DNA from: Octopus vulgaris | Taxonomy: Eukaryota | Assembly: GCA_951406725.2 (NCBI GenBank) | Contig: OX597823.1 | Span: 100,688,001 to 100,752,000, forward strand | Length of the DNA stretch: 64,000 nt | Direction: 5' to 3' | Shown: piece by piece, positions 25,194-37,373 of the stretch | Position numbering within the stretch: the stretch's first letter is position 1 | Layout: each line of letters begins with the position of its first letter | Made by a program: the position numbers and the translations under genes | Notes under the pieces: model-generated | Database searches by the model: none | The model's input: only the letters and a program-made list of their open reading frames with translations | What the model was told of the DNA's origin: nothing

Positions 25194-26780
25194 GGATCTT
25201 TTCCTTTTGAACGGCAGTTTTCAACACAATTTCTAGTTAACTAAACACTTTTAAACTTCGTATACTGGTAGAATGTGTTTATAAAACATCATTTTTTCTT
25301 GGCTTTATTGAGAAAATTCGGATCTTTTCCTTTTGATGGACGGAATTTAACCCAATTTCTAGTTAACTAAACAATTTGAAATTTTGTATACTGGTAGAAT
25401 GTGTCAAAAGAAAACATTATTTTCACTTGGCTTTTTTGATAAATTTGTAATTTGTAAGTTTAACGTAGTTTAATTCTTTGAATTTTAACCAATGAATTGC
25501 CAGCATTTGAGCTCAAATCATTTGCTGCGTCTAAAAACTCAGACAACATCCTGTTACAACGTAAACAGCACACACACGTTATTCATCCTTCTCTTTGTCT
25601 CCGCACTTGCTGCGTTATCGATATTGATAAACAAACGAGGAGGCATGTGCTAGAAATAACAGCCATATCTTTTAAATCGATGAATTTCGTCAGCCAATAA
25701 AAATATTAACGATATTTTTTAAATATTTCCTTTATTTTTTTTGACCGAAAAGGCTTCTCCCATGGTTTTCAAGGGCCAAAAACAAAACAATAATATGCCT
25801 AAATCGGTCTAGAGTGGGATATGAGGGTGTGCGTGGAGTGTAGGTCGTATTGTAAAAATTTGCGAAATATTTTTTCATAAAAGGATGCCCCAGCTTGTCG
25901 GAGGCTGTGATATAAATTGGGAAAAAATTGCGTAATTGGTACTTAATTTATCGACCCTGAAACGATGAAACATTGCCCCCCCCCCCCCGCCATTTCTGGT
26001 TTATTGACCTTTTGTGTAAATTTGTTCTGGCAAGGGGCAAAACACAGAGGGGACAAAGCATGAGATACAAAAGTATTAAGTCGATTCTATTGACACCAGT
26101 GCGAACTCACGAACGTGTATGTGTGTATGTATATCTCCGTTTGTATGTGTGTGTACGCTTATATATTAATTACTATGTGCTTGTGCAAATGTATATGCCT
26201 GTGTTTGAGAGAGAGAGAGAGTGTGTGTGTGCAAGTGTACGTGTGTATGTATCTGAATATATGTGTGTATGCGGCGTGCGTCTCCTCGTTTGTTTATCAA
26301 TATCGATAACGCAGAAAATGATTTGAGCTCAAATGCTGGCAATTCATTGGTTAAAATTCGAAGAATTAAACTACGTTAAACTTACAAATTACAATTTTCT
26401 CAAAAAAGCCAAGTGAAAATAATGTTTTCTTTTGACACATTCTACCAGTATACGAAGTTTCAAATTGTTTAGTTAACTAGAAATTGTGTTGAATTCCGTC
26501 CATCAAAAGGAAAAGATCCGAAAATTCTATAGTTTGTAAGATATTTCCACTTTAAAATCGAGCATTTCGGCAATTTTAACCAATCGCTGACCTCCATTGA
26601 CGTAAACAACATTCCGTGCTGCATGAATATGTCCCTCCTTTAAGAAACAGATTGGGTTTATTTACATTTGCGAAGAAAAAAAGATACATTTCCTATTTTT
26701 ATAACTCCACCTCCCATAACTATTCTGTCATTTACTTTCTCCCCTCCTTTGTCTCTATTATTCTTACTCTTCACTCATCC
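25194..26780. mobile_element. Terminal fragment of a GGATCTTTTCC-ended DNA transposon, host of a nested relative
   Basis: Starts ggatcttttccttttgaacgg, similar to the TIR of the inner element, and resumes after 26527. Right boundary uncertain. Confidence 0.55.
25320..26519. mobile_element. Non-autonomous TIR DNA transposon (Merlin- or Mutator-like), 1.2 kb
   Basis: TIRs of about 200 bp (GGATCTTTTCCTTTTGATGGACGG... / ...CCGTCCATCAAAAGGAAAAGATCC) and 8-bp TSD GAAAATTC at 25312-25319 and 26520-26527. Confidence 0.88.
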
Positions 26781-26944
26781 TGCACCTCTTATTTACTTGT
26801 CTGTTTCTCACTTTTGCTGTGTCTCCCCCACTCTCTATACAATATAAAACAGAACTGGAGATATCAACCCACCGACATTTATACACAGTGCACCATGTCA
26901 CCCTCTCAGAGACCACATTGGTGATTTCGATAATAACAGCCAAC

Positions 26945-27440
26945 GATGTGCAGAACTGATCTACCAGCTGGCAACAGGCTAAACTGCCTATTAGATGACT
27001 ATCTTTCCTCGGTCTCCTCCAGCCGCATCCTCATTGGCGAGATACTCAATAGGATGGCCGAATCAGATGTCGCTCAGGAACTAGACTGCTGATGGCCTTG
27101 CCATCCACCAGAATATGGATGTCCAACACAACTAAGATGACATCAGATGCAAATCCACCTTCCAGTGGTTAGAGACATCACTGCCTTGCCTGACTCCATT
27201 CTGTCTCACAGCCAAATAGCGGGGCATGGCTCAGGCTCCATGTGTGCGGGCTGCACAAGTATCGCTGCGGAGTGGTAGTAGACAAATTCAGCCTGTGTCC
27301 GTTATCTTGCAGCTTTAGTGCAGGCTGATTCCCCCCGACACGCTGCTCTGAATGACATAATCAGAAGGGGCCTTGAAGCGGCTGGCTTTCCGTCTCAACT
27401 CAAGCCAGTAGATCTTGACCACGGGGGCAGTAAGCGCCCT
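26945..27440 (+). pseudogene. Degenerate CRE-like (RLE endonuclease) non-LTR retrotransposon fragment
   Basis: Translates in part as HKYRCGVVVDKFSLCPLSCSFSAG*FPRHAALNDIIRRGLEAAGFPSQLKPVDLDHGGSKRP, matching the zinc knuckle, RH..LND and KRPD region of RLE elements. Left boundary approximate. Confidence 0.7.
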
Positions 27441-30089
27441 TCCTAATTTCTGCAGCAACACTGTCGCTCTGATTACCCAGGGGCATGGCTGAGCGCACCA
27501 TTTGTTCTGCGATGTGACCCATAGTCCCCTTCTATCTGCTTTACAGACCCTTTTCTTTCTTTATCCCTGTTTCTCTGTATTTAAAGGTTATAGATAAAAA
27601 AAAATGTTAATGTATGTTGGTTATTATTAGAGAGAGAGAGGTTCTTCCAATTGACAATCACTGACTGAAAGTGGAGAAGTATTGGAAAAAAAAAAACCCA
27701 ACTATTTCTCAGTAATTTTCTGAATGCTTTTTGAAATGTTTGCCGAATTAAATGTGAAATCCTCCAAATTTCTGTCTAAGAAAATAAATAAATAATGTCG
27801 TGGGGTAGATATAAATTTAAGAAGCTTTGGTGTCGGGGGTGTCGGCAAAATCGTAATCGCCACCATTGAAAGAGATTGTTACTACCCGACACGTTTGCCT
27901 GGACATTTACTGAAATGCTATCAATATTTCTATTTTCGGTTGTAACAAACCAAAGGAATGCAGAGCTTTGTATATTAGGAGAATGTTTATCTTCAAATTT
28001 GCCCTCTTTTTTGTATACACACAGATACATAGTAGGTTCTTAGTCATCATACATGTAGACAGACATTTAATAAATAGCCATTATTTACTTGAATCGCATA
28101 TTTGTGCCCTTACGCACACATACACATAATAACTTGTGTACAAATGTAAACAAATGAAGTTCTAGCAAAGCTGGCTTTGGTTTGTAAAGCTCAAATCACA
28201 AATTGGTGTTTCGCCCCGATTGACTTTCTTCTTAATATACTGAAAAATGCATAATTTTTAGTGAATTTTGGCAGAAATACGTTTCCGAGACTATAAATTA
28301 CGATTATGTTCATAATATTAAAAAAACAAAGTTTTAAAATTGAATTTTGAATCATTCGCCCATCTCGACATATATTTTAAATGGCATTTTGCAGAAATAC
28401 ATTTTCCAGAGTGTAATTTACTTCATCTTGATGTTCCAAACTTATAAAAATGAAAATGCTAAAGCTACGGAAATTAGTGGTCCCAAAGTGAAGGCCGGCA
28501 GAAGGGAAAAGAATCTGAAACTTGTAGCGATGGGATATTTTGGTTAATTGACAGAAGAATCAAAGTCTGCGTGAATTTCCAGATACAAAATAGTAGCATT
28601 TACGAAAAGATATAACATATGACCGCAAAAAGAGAAAAGAAAAGATATCTATACTGAGTCAGTTGGTGTGGGTCAATAATGTTAGTAAACTGTTGAAGTT
28701 AGCTTATTTGAGGTTGAGTGATGTAAGTAGCTGTGGCTGTGTTATGATGAACACTGGCAGTATATAAGCTAAAATCTGTCAAAGAAAAGGTATCAAAGAG
28801 AAAATTATGATGGTCCTTACCGTAAGGCACGGCTGAGCACATTATTTATGTCATTGTGTGTGTGTGGCCCATCGCCCCCTCCATCCACCTTCTGCTGCTT
28901 TACACTCCTTTTTTCTTTCTTTTCTTTTTTAAATCTTTTTTTTTTCTGTTTCTTTGCATTTAAATGTTACAATTTAAAATGTGATCTGTTGTATAATTGA
29001 CTGTAGAAATAAAGCATTATAATTCTATATGTTTAATGCAATTAATATTTAATGAGTTAAGCATGTTCTATTGTGCTTTTTTTTTTTTTTTCCTGCTGAT
29101 GAACTAGCAATTGATAAAAACAAGACCTGAATGTGTCTCACCCAAGACCTGAATTGCTTTGTTGTTTGTTGACTTCATCAGCTCTTGACAGAATCGATTC
29201 AGGTTCAATTCTAAGGCAGTGAAATGGTGTTTGGCACTCTGGCAATATTCCAGCTGCAAACTCTTTGAAAAAGATTTCATTTTTCTAAATTTATTAACAT
29301 GATTGTAATCTATACCCTCAGACATGTATCCTTGTGAAATTTCATGGTATAAAAATATTTTTCAGATAGTTATGAAGAAACAAAATTGGAGGAGGGAAGC
29401 ATCAGAGTTATGCCTTGTATTAATAGTGTCGCTCTACAATTAATTATCTACAACTGTTGAGAATAGGTTTATTATTGTACTCTTAAGTGTGAAATATTAC
29501 TGAAGTATTACTCGCATAATTATTGAGAAAGTCCTAGTGGGGTCATAACAGCAGTCATGGTTGGTTATGTGGTTAAGAAAATCATTACCCAACCACATGT
29601 TTTAGGGTCAGTTACAATGCATGGTACTTCAGTAATTGTCTCCTACTATAACCCTGTGTGTGTGTTATATAATAGGCACATGAAGCAGTGTTGTGAAATA
29701 AATAAACTTTTAGATCAATTCAAATATATTTGGGACATATGTGACTGATAAAAAGGCTATTTTCATTGCCGTTTGCTATAGAGAAAATTCTTACTTCAGG
29801 CAACAGGTATTAAAACTCCAGCAGTCATTTCAGAGCATCCTCTATGGACCGATGCATGCATTTCAAGCCTTTTTTGTTACTGTCAGCACTGGATATTAAG
29901 TGGGATGACTCTGAAAGGACTTTGGAAATTATAGCTTCCTTATAGAAAATAGCCACTGGCTTCATGCAAATGGCTGCCAGGCTCAAACAAATTCTAAAGT
30001 CTGCACATGAAGCAGTTTACAGATCAAATATTTCCCAGTAAACATTTTAACTGATCTAAAAGTTTGTGTTTACATATATACCTCTTAAA

Positions 30090-30247
30090 AAGCACCCAGT
30101 ACACTCTGTAAAATGGTTGACATTAGAAAGGGCATCCAACTACAGAAACCATGGCCAAAAGAGACAATTGGAGCCGGGCCAGTTCTTATCAAACCATGCA
30201 ACCCATGTCAGCATAGAAAACGGTTGTTAAATGATGATGATGATGAT
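30090..30247 (+). mobile_element. RTE 3' end remnant with (GAT)n tail
   Basis: aaaagcaccc...ggcatcca...gttaaatgatgatgatgat resembles 58735-58903. Confidence 0.6.
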
Positions 30248-31932
30248 ATAAAAGTTGTAATAATGGAATCAAACAAAATTTTGAAAGCATTTATGTTTCT
30301 TCCAGATCTGAGTAATGTATAATGTACAAGCTTCATTATTACAGCTTATACAACTTGATGCCAGTGCAAACTTGTCTCTCCAAACTCCACTCATGCATCT
30401 ACTCTAACAAGGATTTGGAGTAGTTTGTTGTATTTGACTTGAGTTGAAAATCCTGGTACCATGTACCACTTTAAAGCTTAACATGAAATGTATATTGTTG
30501 TCACCATCATCATCATTTAGTGTCTGCTTTCCATGCAGGGTTGGATGAGTCATTAAGATCCAAATCAGTTCTTATTTGGAGTTATTGTCCTCCTAGATGA
30601 ATAAGTAATCCAAGTCTGACTCGGACATCACTAAGTGATTGTGGGAAATTGACTGGAAGCAGCATGATGACAGGAGATTTAAACAGGAACATAGCAAGAC
30701 AGCAGTAAAGATGTGTCATGATAGGAGAGAGCAGTGGTGTTAGAAAGGATGACCAGTTGTTGAAACCAACTAAAGAAGAAATTTATGAGCAGCACATGTT
30801 TCTCTGACTCATTTAGGAGCACAGAAATGACTCAACCAATTCAGTATGGAAAATGGACACAAAATGACAATAGCAGCAGCTGAATTCTTGCTACTTACTG
30901 TTAATGTGTTTTCTAAGAGCAAATGAATTCCAAGCAAATAATAAAAGGTTGTTTCAAATACAAAGACTTTTTAATTTGCTCAGTACATTGACTGAACTTT
31001 GCTTCACTTGAGTAAATTATGTCAGGAGATAACAAATAGGATTTAGAATTTGAAGGTAAAAATAGGAAAAATATGGGGACATTTTATTATGCTTTAAAGC
31101 TCAGGAAGAGAATAAGGACAACAGCATTTTTGAAGTTATTTTATAAAGAAAATATCATATACACTATAAGTCAACAATAGAATCTACTTTATTATTAAAA
31201 CTAGAGTTTCAGTTAATAAAAAAAAGAAACAGCAAAAAACGTGGGACTTCACAAATGTTTTTTTCATTATGTTTGGCAGTGTTGGTGTAACCTGTGTGAA
31301 GAACATAGTGAAAATAATTGAATACTGTAGAATAGAAGAGGCATCCAACTACTATGATTATTTTTGCCTTTTATCCTTTTGGGCTTGATAAAATCAGGTA
31401 TTAAAGTTGATATAATTGACTATTCCTCTCCTCCTAAATTTCTTGCTACATGCTTTTGTAGGAAATTTGCTTCATTTAATTTAATGTTATAGTTTTGAAG
31501 ATGCTGTAAACCTTTTCAGAGGTTTTGAAAATCTTTTTATTGATGCTGGAAACCTTTGTTCATAGTAATAATTGACCGGGAACAGAAAAGGTCTCTACAT
31601 ATATTTTCTAGGCAACAAATTACATTTAATGGTTGTGTTTTTGCAAGCCTTGCATATCCCAAAAACTTTTTTTTTTGTGTACCTCTAGGGATACACACAT
31701 CTAAGTTTGAGAATCATCCCTGCCTTTAATTGCAGAATGTGATTATGAAACCATAAATATTAAGTTTTATCTCCCAGAAGGAAAAAATAAATAAAATCAC
31801 TAAAATTTTTTAAATGATTTAGTCTTGCAGTAAATTATGATTTTGCTTTATGAATCTAATTTCCAACCAAAAATTTTCTATTCTTATTTTTTGACTTCAT
31901 TTATGTACCAACAATGTTTATTTTTCATACAG

Positions 31933-32035
31933 ATCTTTACTATGTGGTATATCCATAGATGTTAGCCATCGTTGTCAACACATTGTTTTAATCTATGAGT
32001 TCAGTGGCAGCTAAAATCTGTGGCTATACCCGAAG
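31933..32035 (+). other. Candidate 5'UTR exon
   Basis: Acceptor tttttcatacag| and donor gaag|gtaaag, followed by a 104-nt intron ending in a long pyrimidine tract and ttgcag| at 32139. Confidence 0.6.
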
Positions 32036-32189
32036 GTAAAGCATACTTTTTACTTCCTCATTTTTCATCTTTCCATTTTCCTTCAATTATTTTCATTTTT
32101 GTTCTTTTTACATCTGTTTTTTTTTCTTCTTCTTTGCAGATCACTATTCTTAGTTTCAACTCAGTACTATTCTACAGTTTAACTGAAAG

Positions 32190-32531
32190 ATGTCTAACAC
32201 AACTAGAGACGATGCAAAGCTCTACATGGCCCAGCATGGAATACCCCAGCTCTTTGAATGCTTGCTCAGTTGCCTGTTGTTAGAAAGACCACCAGATCCA
32301 ATCAAATTTATCGAACAGAAGATCGCAGAAGTTAAACTTAAAGGTGTCAAAAACATCAATTGGGAGACTTTTATGTACCATCTGCATCCTTACAGTGATC
32401 GGTATAAAAACAAAACCATCATCAGAGGCAGAAGCAGGCTTAATCAGGCTAGTAATAAAATTACAAGTGAAATGGTTTCCACTGGCTACAAACCCAATAC
32501 ATTTGAGTTGACTGAAACGTTTGGAAATTGA
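32190..32531 (+). CDS. 113-aa protein with Dpy-30/RIIa-type dimerization-docking domain (AK5 N-terminus-like)
   Basis: DAKLYMAQHGIPQLFECLLSCLLLERPPDPIKFIEQKIAEVKLKGVKNINWETF resembles, from memory, AK5 DAKEYLARREIPQLFESLLNGLMCSKPEDPVEYLE...WDTF. Good Kozak context (aaagATGt) and an acceptor 50 nt upstream. Confidence 0.88.
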   Translation: MSNTTRDDAKLYMAQHGIPQLFECLLSCLLLERPPDPIKFIEQKIAEVKLKGVKNINWETFMYHLHPYSDRYKNKTIIRGRSRLNQASNKITSEMVSTGYKPNTFELTETFGN

Positions 32532-33079
32532 AGAAGTCGAGTAAGAAAATAACATTTTGATTCTTCAAAGGGATCTTCTTCTATATATTAAGTATGAACC
32601 CTGTTTAGAAATTGAGCAATATGAGCTATGGAAGTTTGTATTGCTTGGCTGTCCTATCTTCCAGTTGTGATAAGGCACTAAGACATTATTTACAGAACAT
32701 TCTCAATTCTTTTTTATTTTCTGTTGTTCCCTTTCTCCCTTTTCTCCTTTTCATTAAACCCCCCCATATCAGAGGAGGTTTCAAGCAGTGCAGGTATAGC
32801 AAAGCCAACAATAATGTCCCACCATGACTGCATCTCTTGAGCTGAAACTAGTGAGAGAGGTAGAGAGATTAAAAAGATGTGTGTGTGTGTGTGTGTAATC
32901 CAAATTGAGGAAATGGAGCTGGTAAAATCCAGGATACATATGTTTCCTCGTTAGCAGATCCTTAGAAGTAATAATTACTCAATGAGGGGTACTGCACTAG
33001 CTACTCATCAGGTTGAAGATAACTTAGTTAAATAAAGGTTGTCATTAAGGAATCATGTGGTTGGTAAGCATGCTACTTA

Positions 33080-33122
<43 letters not shown>

Positions 33123-33151
33123 CATGTGTATATATACATATATATATACCT

Positions 33152-33192
<41 letters not shown>

Positions 33193-33249
33193 CATCTATA
33201 TACATACATACATATATATACTTATATATATATACATACATACATATAC

Positions 33250-33288
<39 letters not shown>

Positions 33289-33299
33289 CATTAATATAC

Positions 33300-33361
<62 letters not shown>

Positions 33362-33446
33362 CCCTAACCCTAATTCCCTTATGGGACTGTCACGTTATGT
33401 TGACAGTATACAACCACTCTCTCTCTCTATATATATATAATACAAA

Positions 33447-33588
33447 GAAGAATATAGTGTATGTTCAAACACAAAAGAGATACCCGAAGAATAGGATATT
33501 TGACTTGCTAGAAAGAGCAGACTCTAGCGAGTCAGATATCCTATTCTTCGGGTATCTCTTTTGTGTTTGAACGTACACTGTATTCTTC
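33447..33588. repeat. Hairpin with 66-bp stem and 10-nt loop
   Basis: 33447-33512 pairs with 33523-33588, with four T:G positions. Sits next to TA tracts. Confidence 0.92.
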
Positions 33589-33683
33589 TGTGAATAATAT
33601 ATAGTCTATTGACTAATTTTTTTCTTTCTCACTAGACCACTGGTAACTAAGAATTTTTCGATGAATATTCTTGCTACCCAAAG

Positions 33684-33735
<52 letters not shown>

Positions 33736-33805
33736 CATATATATATATATATATTCTCTTATATGTTTCAGTCCAATGATTGTGGCCATGCTGGAGCACC
33801 GCCAT

Positions 33806-34987
33806 TGTAATCATCTTTCCACTTTCCATCTTTGTTGGAGCGGCTTCTGGTGAAGGATGGAGTTCGATGCTACTGCCCTCTTTTGAGTTTCTTGCTTAGA
33901 TATTGGCTCATCCAGGATCTGGGCGAGCTAGAGGTCAAGTTCACATTTGAAAACGTCTATATCCACTTCATGGAGGCTCCTCAGATGCTTCGGCAGACAG
34001 TTAAACAGCTTCCAGTATCTTCCATATATATATCACTGCATACCTCTCCCACCTTCGTTCCAGGGAATAGAGTCACAGCTCTTTCAACCTGTCCCAGTAA
34101 CTCAATCATTCCAATGATGCAACTTTCTTTGTGTAATATCGTTGGACTGCTTCAAGCTCTGCTATCGTCCTTGTAGTATAAGGCAACCATAGGTGAGAGC
34201 AGTAGTCCAGGCAGCTGAGGATAAATGACTTCCAAAGTGTCATCATAGTTTCTTGGTCCCTTGTCCAGAAGCTTCTCAGAATCCAACAGGCCAGTCTTCT
34301 GGATACTGCAACCATTTTGTTGATATGTGTGTGAAATGAGGCATTGTTGCTCATTTCTATTCTGAGATTGTTGCTCCACTTAGTTCAATGTACTGATGTT
34401 GTGATTCCTGAGCAGTGCTTAACTGGTAGCGGAGGGCCTGGAATTTACTTGCATTAAATTGCATGTTGTTATCCTCAGCCTATGTATAGATGGCATCTAG
34501 ATCTTTCTGTAAGAGCATAGCATCAGAGGTTTCCTTGACTGACTTGTGCGACTTTTGTGTCATCGGCATAGCTGGTAAGCATGACTGCCTTTGTCACTGA
34601 TGGCATATCCAATAGAGCTACCATGAAAAGCAGTGGCCCCAGCACGGTGTCCTGGGGAACTCCACTCACTATTGGTATCTCTGTGGAGAGAGCTCCGTTG
34701 GCTGCTACAGTTTGGCTCCTGTCCTTTAGGAAATCATGCAGTCACTCTCTGACTTTACCTGTGATGCCGAGTCCCCATATTTTGTGGCATATCATTCCAT
34801 GGTCGACCTTGTCAAATGCCTTCGCAGAGTCGAGGTATACCACATCCACTTTCGAGCAGTTCATTAATTGCTTCAGTACCCAGTCATAGTGTCACAGAAG
34901 CTGTGTAAGACAGCTCCTTCCAGGGCAAAAACCATGTTGCGTGTCAGAGAGCAGGTCATTGTCCTCAAGGAACTCAATCAGTCTTAT
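33806..34987 (-). pseudogene. CR1-type LINE RT and 3' fragment, degenerate
   Basis: VDVVYLDSAKAFDKVDHG, SGVPQDTVLGPLLF, SYADDTK, WILRSF.TRD.ETMMTLWKS, with stops and frameshifts. Confidence 0.9.
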
Positions 34988-35029
34988 TTACATACATACA
35001 CATACATATATATATATATATAGATACAC

Positions 35030-35068
<39 letters not shown>

Positions 35069-35071
35069 GAT

Positions 35072-35113
<42 letters not shown>

Positions 35114-35115
35114 TT

Positions 35116-35154
<39 letters not shown>

Positions 35155-35156
35155 CT

Positions 35157-35256
35157 ATAACGGGAAGCTTTATGAAAATAGACAAAAGACGAAGGCAGGT
35201 GGGAGACAAACAAACAATTGTATTAGTATGGCGCTCAGGAAATATAAATAAAACAA
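35157..35256 (-). mobile_element. Solo 3' tip of the Neptune-like PLE seen at 50200-51948
   Basis: Reverse complement of about 51850-51948, embedded in (TA)n. Confidence 0.85.
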
Positions 35257-35272
35257 ATATATATATAGATAC

Positions 35273-35307
<35 letters not shown>

Positions 35308-35337
35308 CACTTTATATATATATATGTATATATATAT

Positions 35338-35377
<40 letters not shown>

Positions 35378-35467
35378 ACTCCCTAATATTATTATTATTA
35401 TAATTAATATACTTTATATATATATATGTATATATATATACATACATACATATATATACATATATAT

Positions 35468-36006
35468 GGTGGTGGCTGCCCCCTCGTTATCGAGTATGGC
35501 CATTGCACGAAGCTTAATCATGCAATGCCTGTGCAAGAAGTTTTTTTTTAAAGTGAGAAAAGGCTGTGCACTGAGTCAATCCCACTCACTAAGCAACAGC
35601 AGCCAAAATCCGAAAAGAAGAACAAGTCAACATCATCGGTAACCACTGAGCCGCAGGTTTTATGCCGGAGTTATCCCAGTTACCTGAGTTAACTTCTCCT
35701 AGAAGGATGCCCTAATAAAGTCTGGAAGTCATTCACTCCCAATGGTTTAACCGCGCGATCGGGTATTCAGTCCGATTATTTCTATGTCCCCGCACATGAT
35801 ACAGCCTTAAGACATTTATTGGATGGCCGTTGACTCTCAAGAGTTCCTCCGCCCTTTGACAGGTTTTGTTTTTCATCCAGCAGGGTGTCCAATAAACACC
35901 CTCCTCACCAAGCAAGCTTGGTGGGGTTGCCGGTTTAGTCGCCGACGACCCGACCATGCAACAGGTTGTACTGGGTTACATGTTACCAGTAGCACTCGAA
36001 AGTGAC
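35468..36006 (-). mobile_element. Short non-autonomous retroelement, possibly an RTE 5'+3' bipartite derivative
   Basis: About 540-bp GC-richer block in microsatellite, with structured 5' hairpins and a short (CAC)n 3' end. Family assignment is tentative. Confidence 0.4.
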
Positions 36007-36055
36007 TGACCTATACATACACACATACACACACCCATATACATACATATATGAT

Positions 36056-36093
<38 letters not shown>

Positions 36094-36684
36094 CACACAC
36101 ATATACACATATATATATACTTATATACATAAATACATGCATTCATACATATACACGTGTATATACCCACATAAGCATACGTACCATCCAAAACAAAACA
36201 AAAACCTGATCATGTCCAAAGGGTAGTACTAGATATGGTGAGTACTTTACATAGTTTTCAGGTGTAATTAAATGTAAATTATAAGCTAGTCAATGTTCAT
36301 TTGCCAAAGTAAACAGCAGAAAACTTGCATGTGTATGCCTGTCTCCTCCTGCGCGAACACAAGTGCGCCCCTCACATGCGAAAAACAAACATACCTACAT
36401 CATAAACTGTCATGTCTTTTATTAATATGTCAAGGGAAGCATCTCTAAAAGTTGATTTTCAGCTATCTCCCTTATTTAGGTAGTTAAGAGAATATAAACT
36501 TTCCTGGTTTCTATTTTACACGCTTTTATCAATTACTTGAATGTGGCCATGGTGGAGCAACGCCATCATTCGTGCAAATCGACCCCAGGACCCACACTGT
36601 ATAGGCCCAGCACCTAAACTATCGAAGACATGTGCACACCAACACCTGTTGTTCAACGATGTTGGAGAAATAATCAGACACACA

Positions 36685-36732
<48 letters not shown>

Positions 36733-37093
36733 CGTACATATATATATTCCATGCCACAGCAGCGCCTTTATTCGAGGAAATCGCCCCCAGGACCCATTGT
36801 TTGTAGGCCTAGTACTTAATCTATCTTTCTCTTTTGACGAACCACCAGGTTACGGGAACATGAACACACCTGCACCGGTTGCCTAGCGGTGTTGGAGAAA
36901 TAAACAGACACACAAACATATATATATATATATATATACACACAGACACACACCCACACTTCTGTATATATATATGTGTGTGTGTGTGTGTGTTCTGTCT
37001 ATCAATTCCACTCACAAGGATTTGGTCGGCATGAGGCCACAGCATATATATATATACTTACATATATATATACATAGATGTATATATATATCT

Positions 37094-37150
<57 letters not shown>

Positions 37151-37295
37151 CATATATATATAAATACATGTATATATACATACATGTATATTACATACAA
37201 GTATATATATATAAATACATGTATATATATATAAATACATGTAATATATACATACATATATATATATATACATACATACATGTATATATATATAT

Positions 37296-37372
<77 letters not shown>

Positions 37373-37373
<1 letters not shown>

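Noticed and set aside
33359-33373. (CCCTAA)2 telomere-like seed at the end of a TA tract
   Set aside because: Only two units, compatible with chance.
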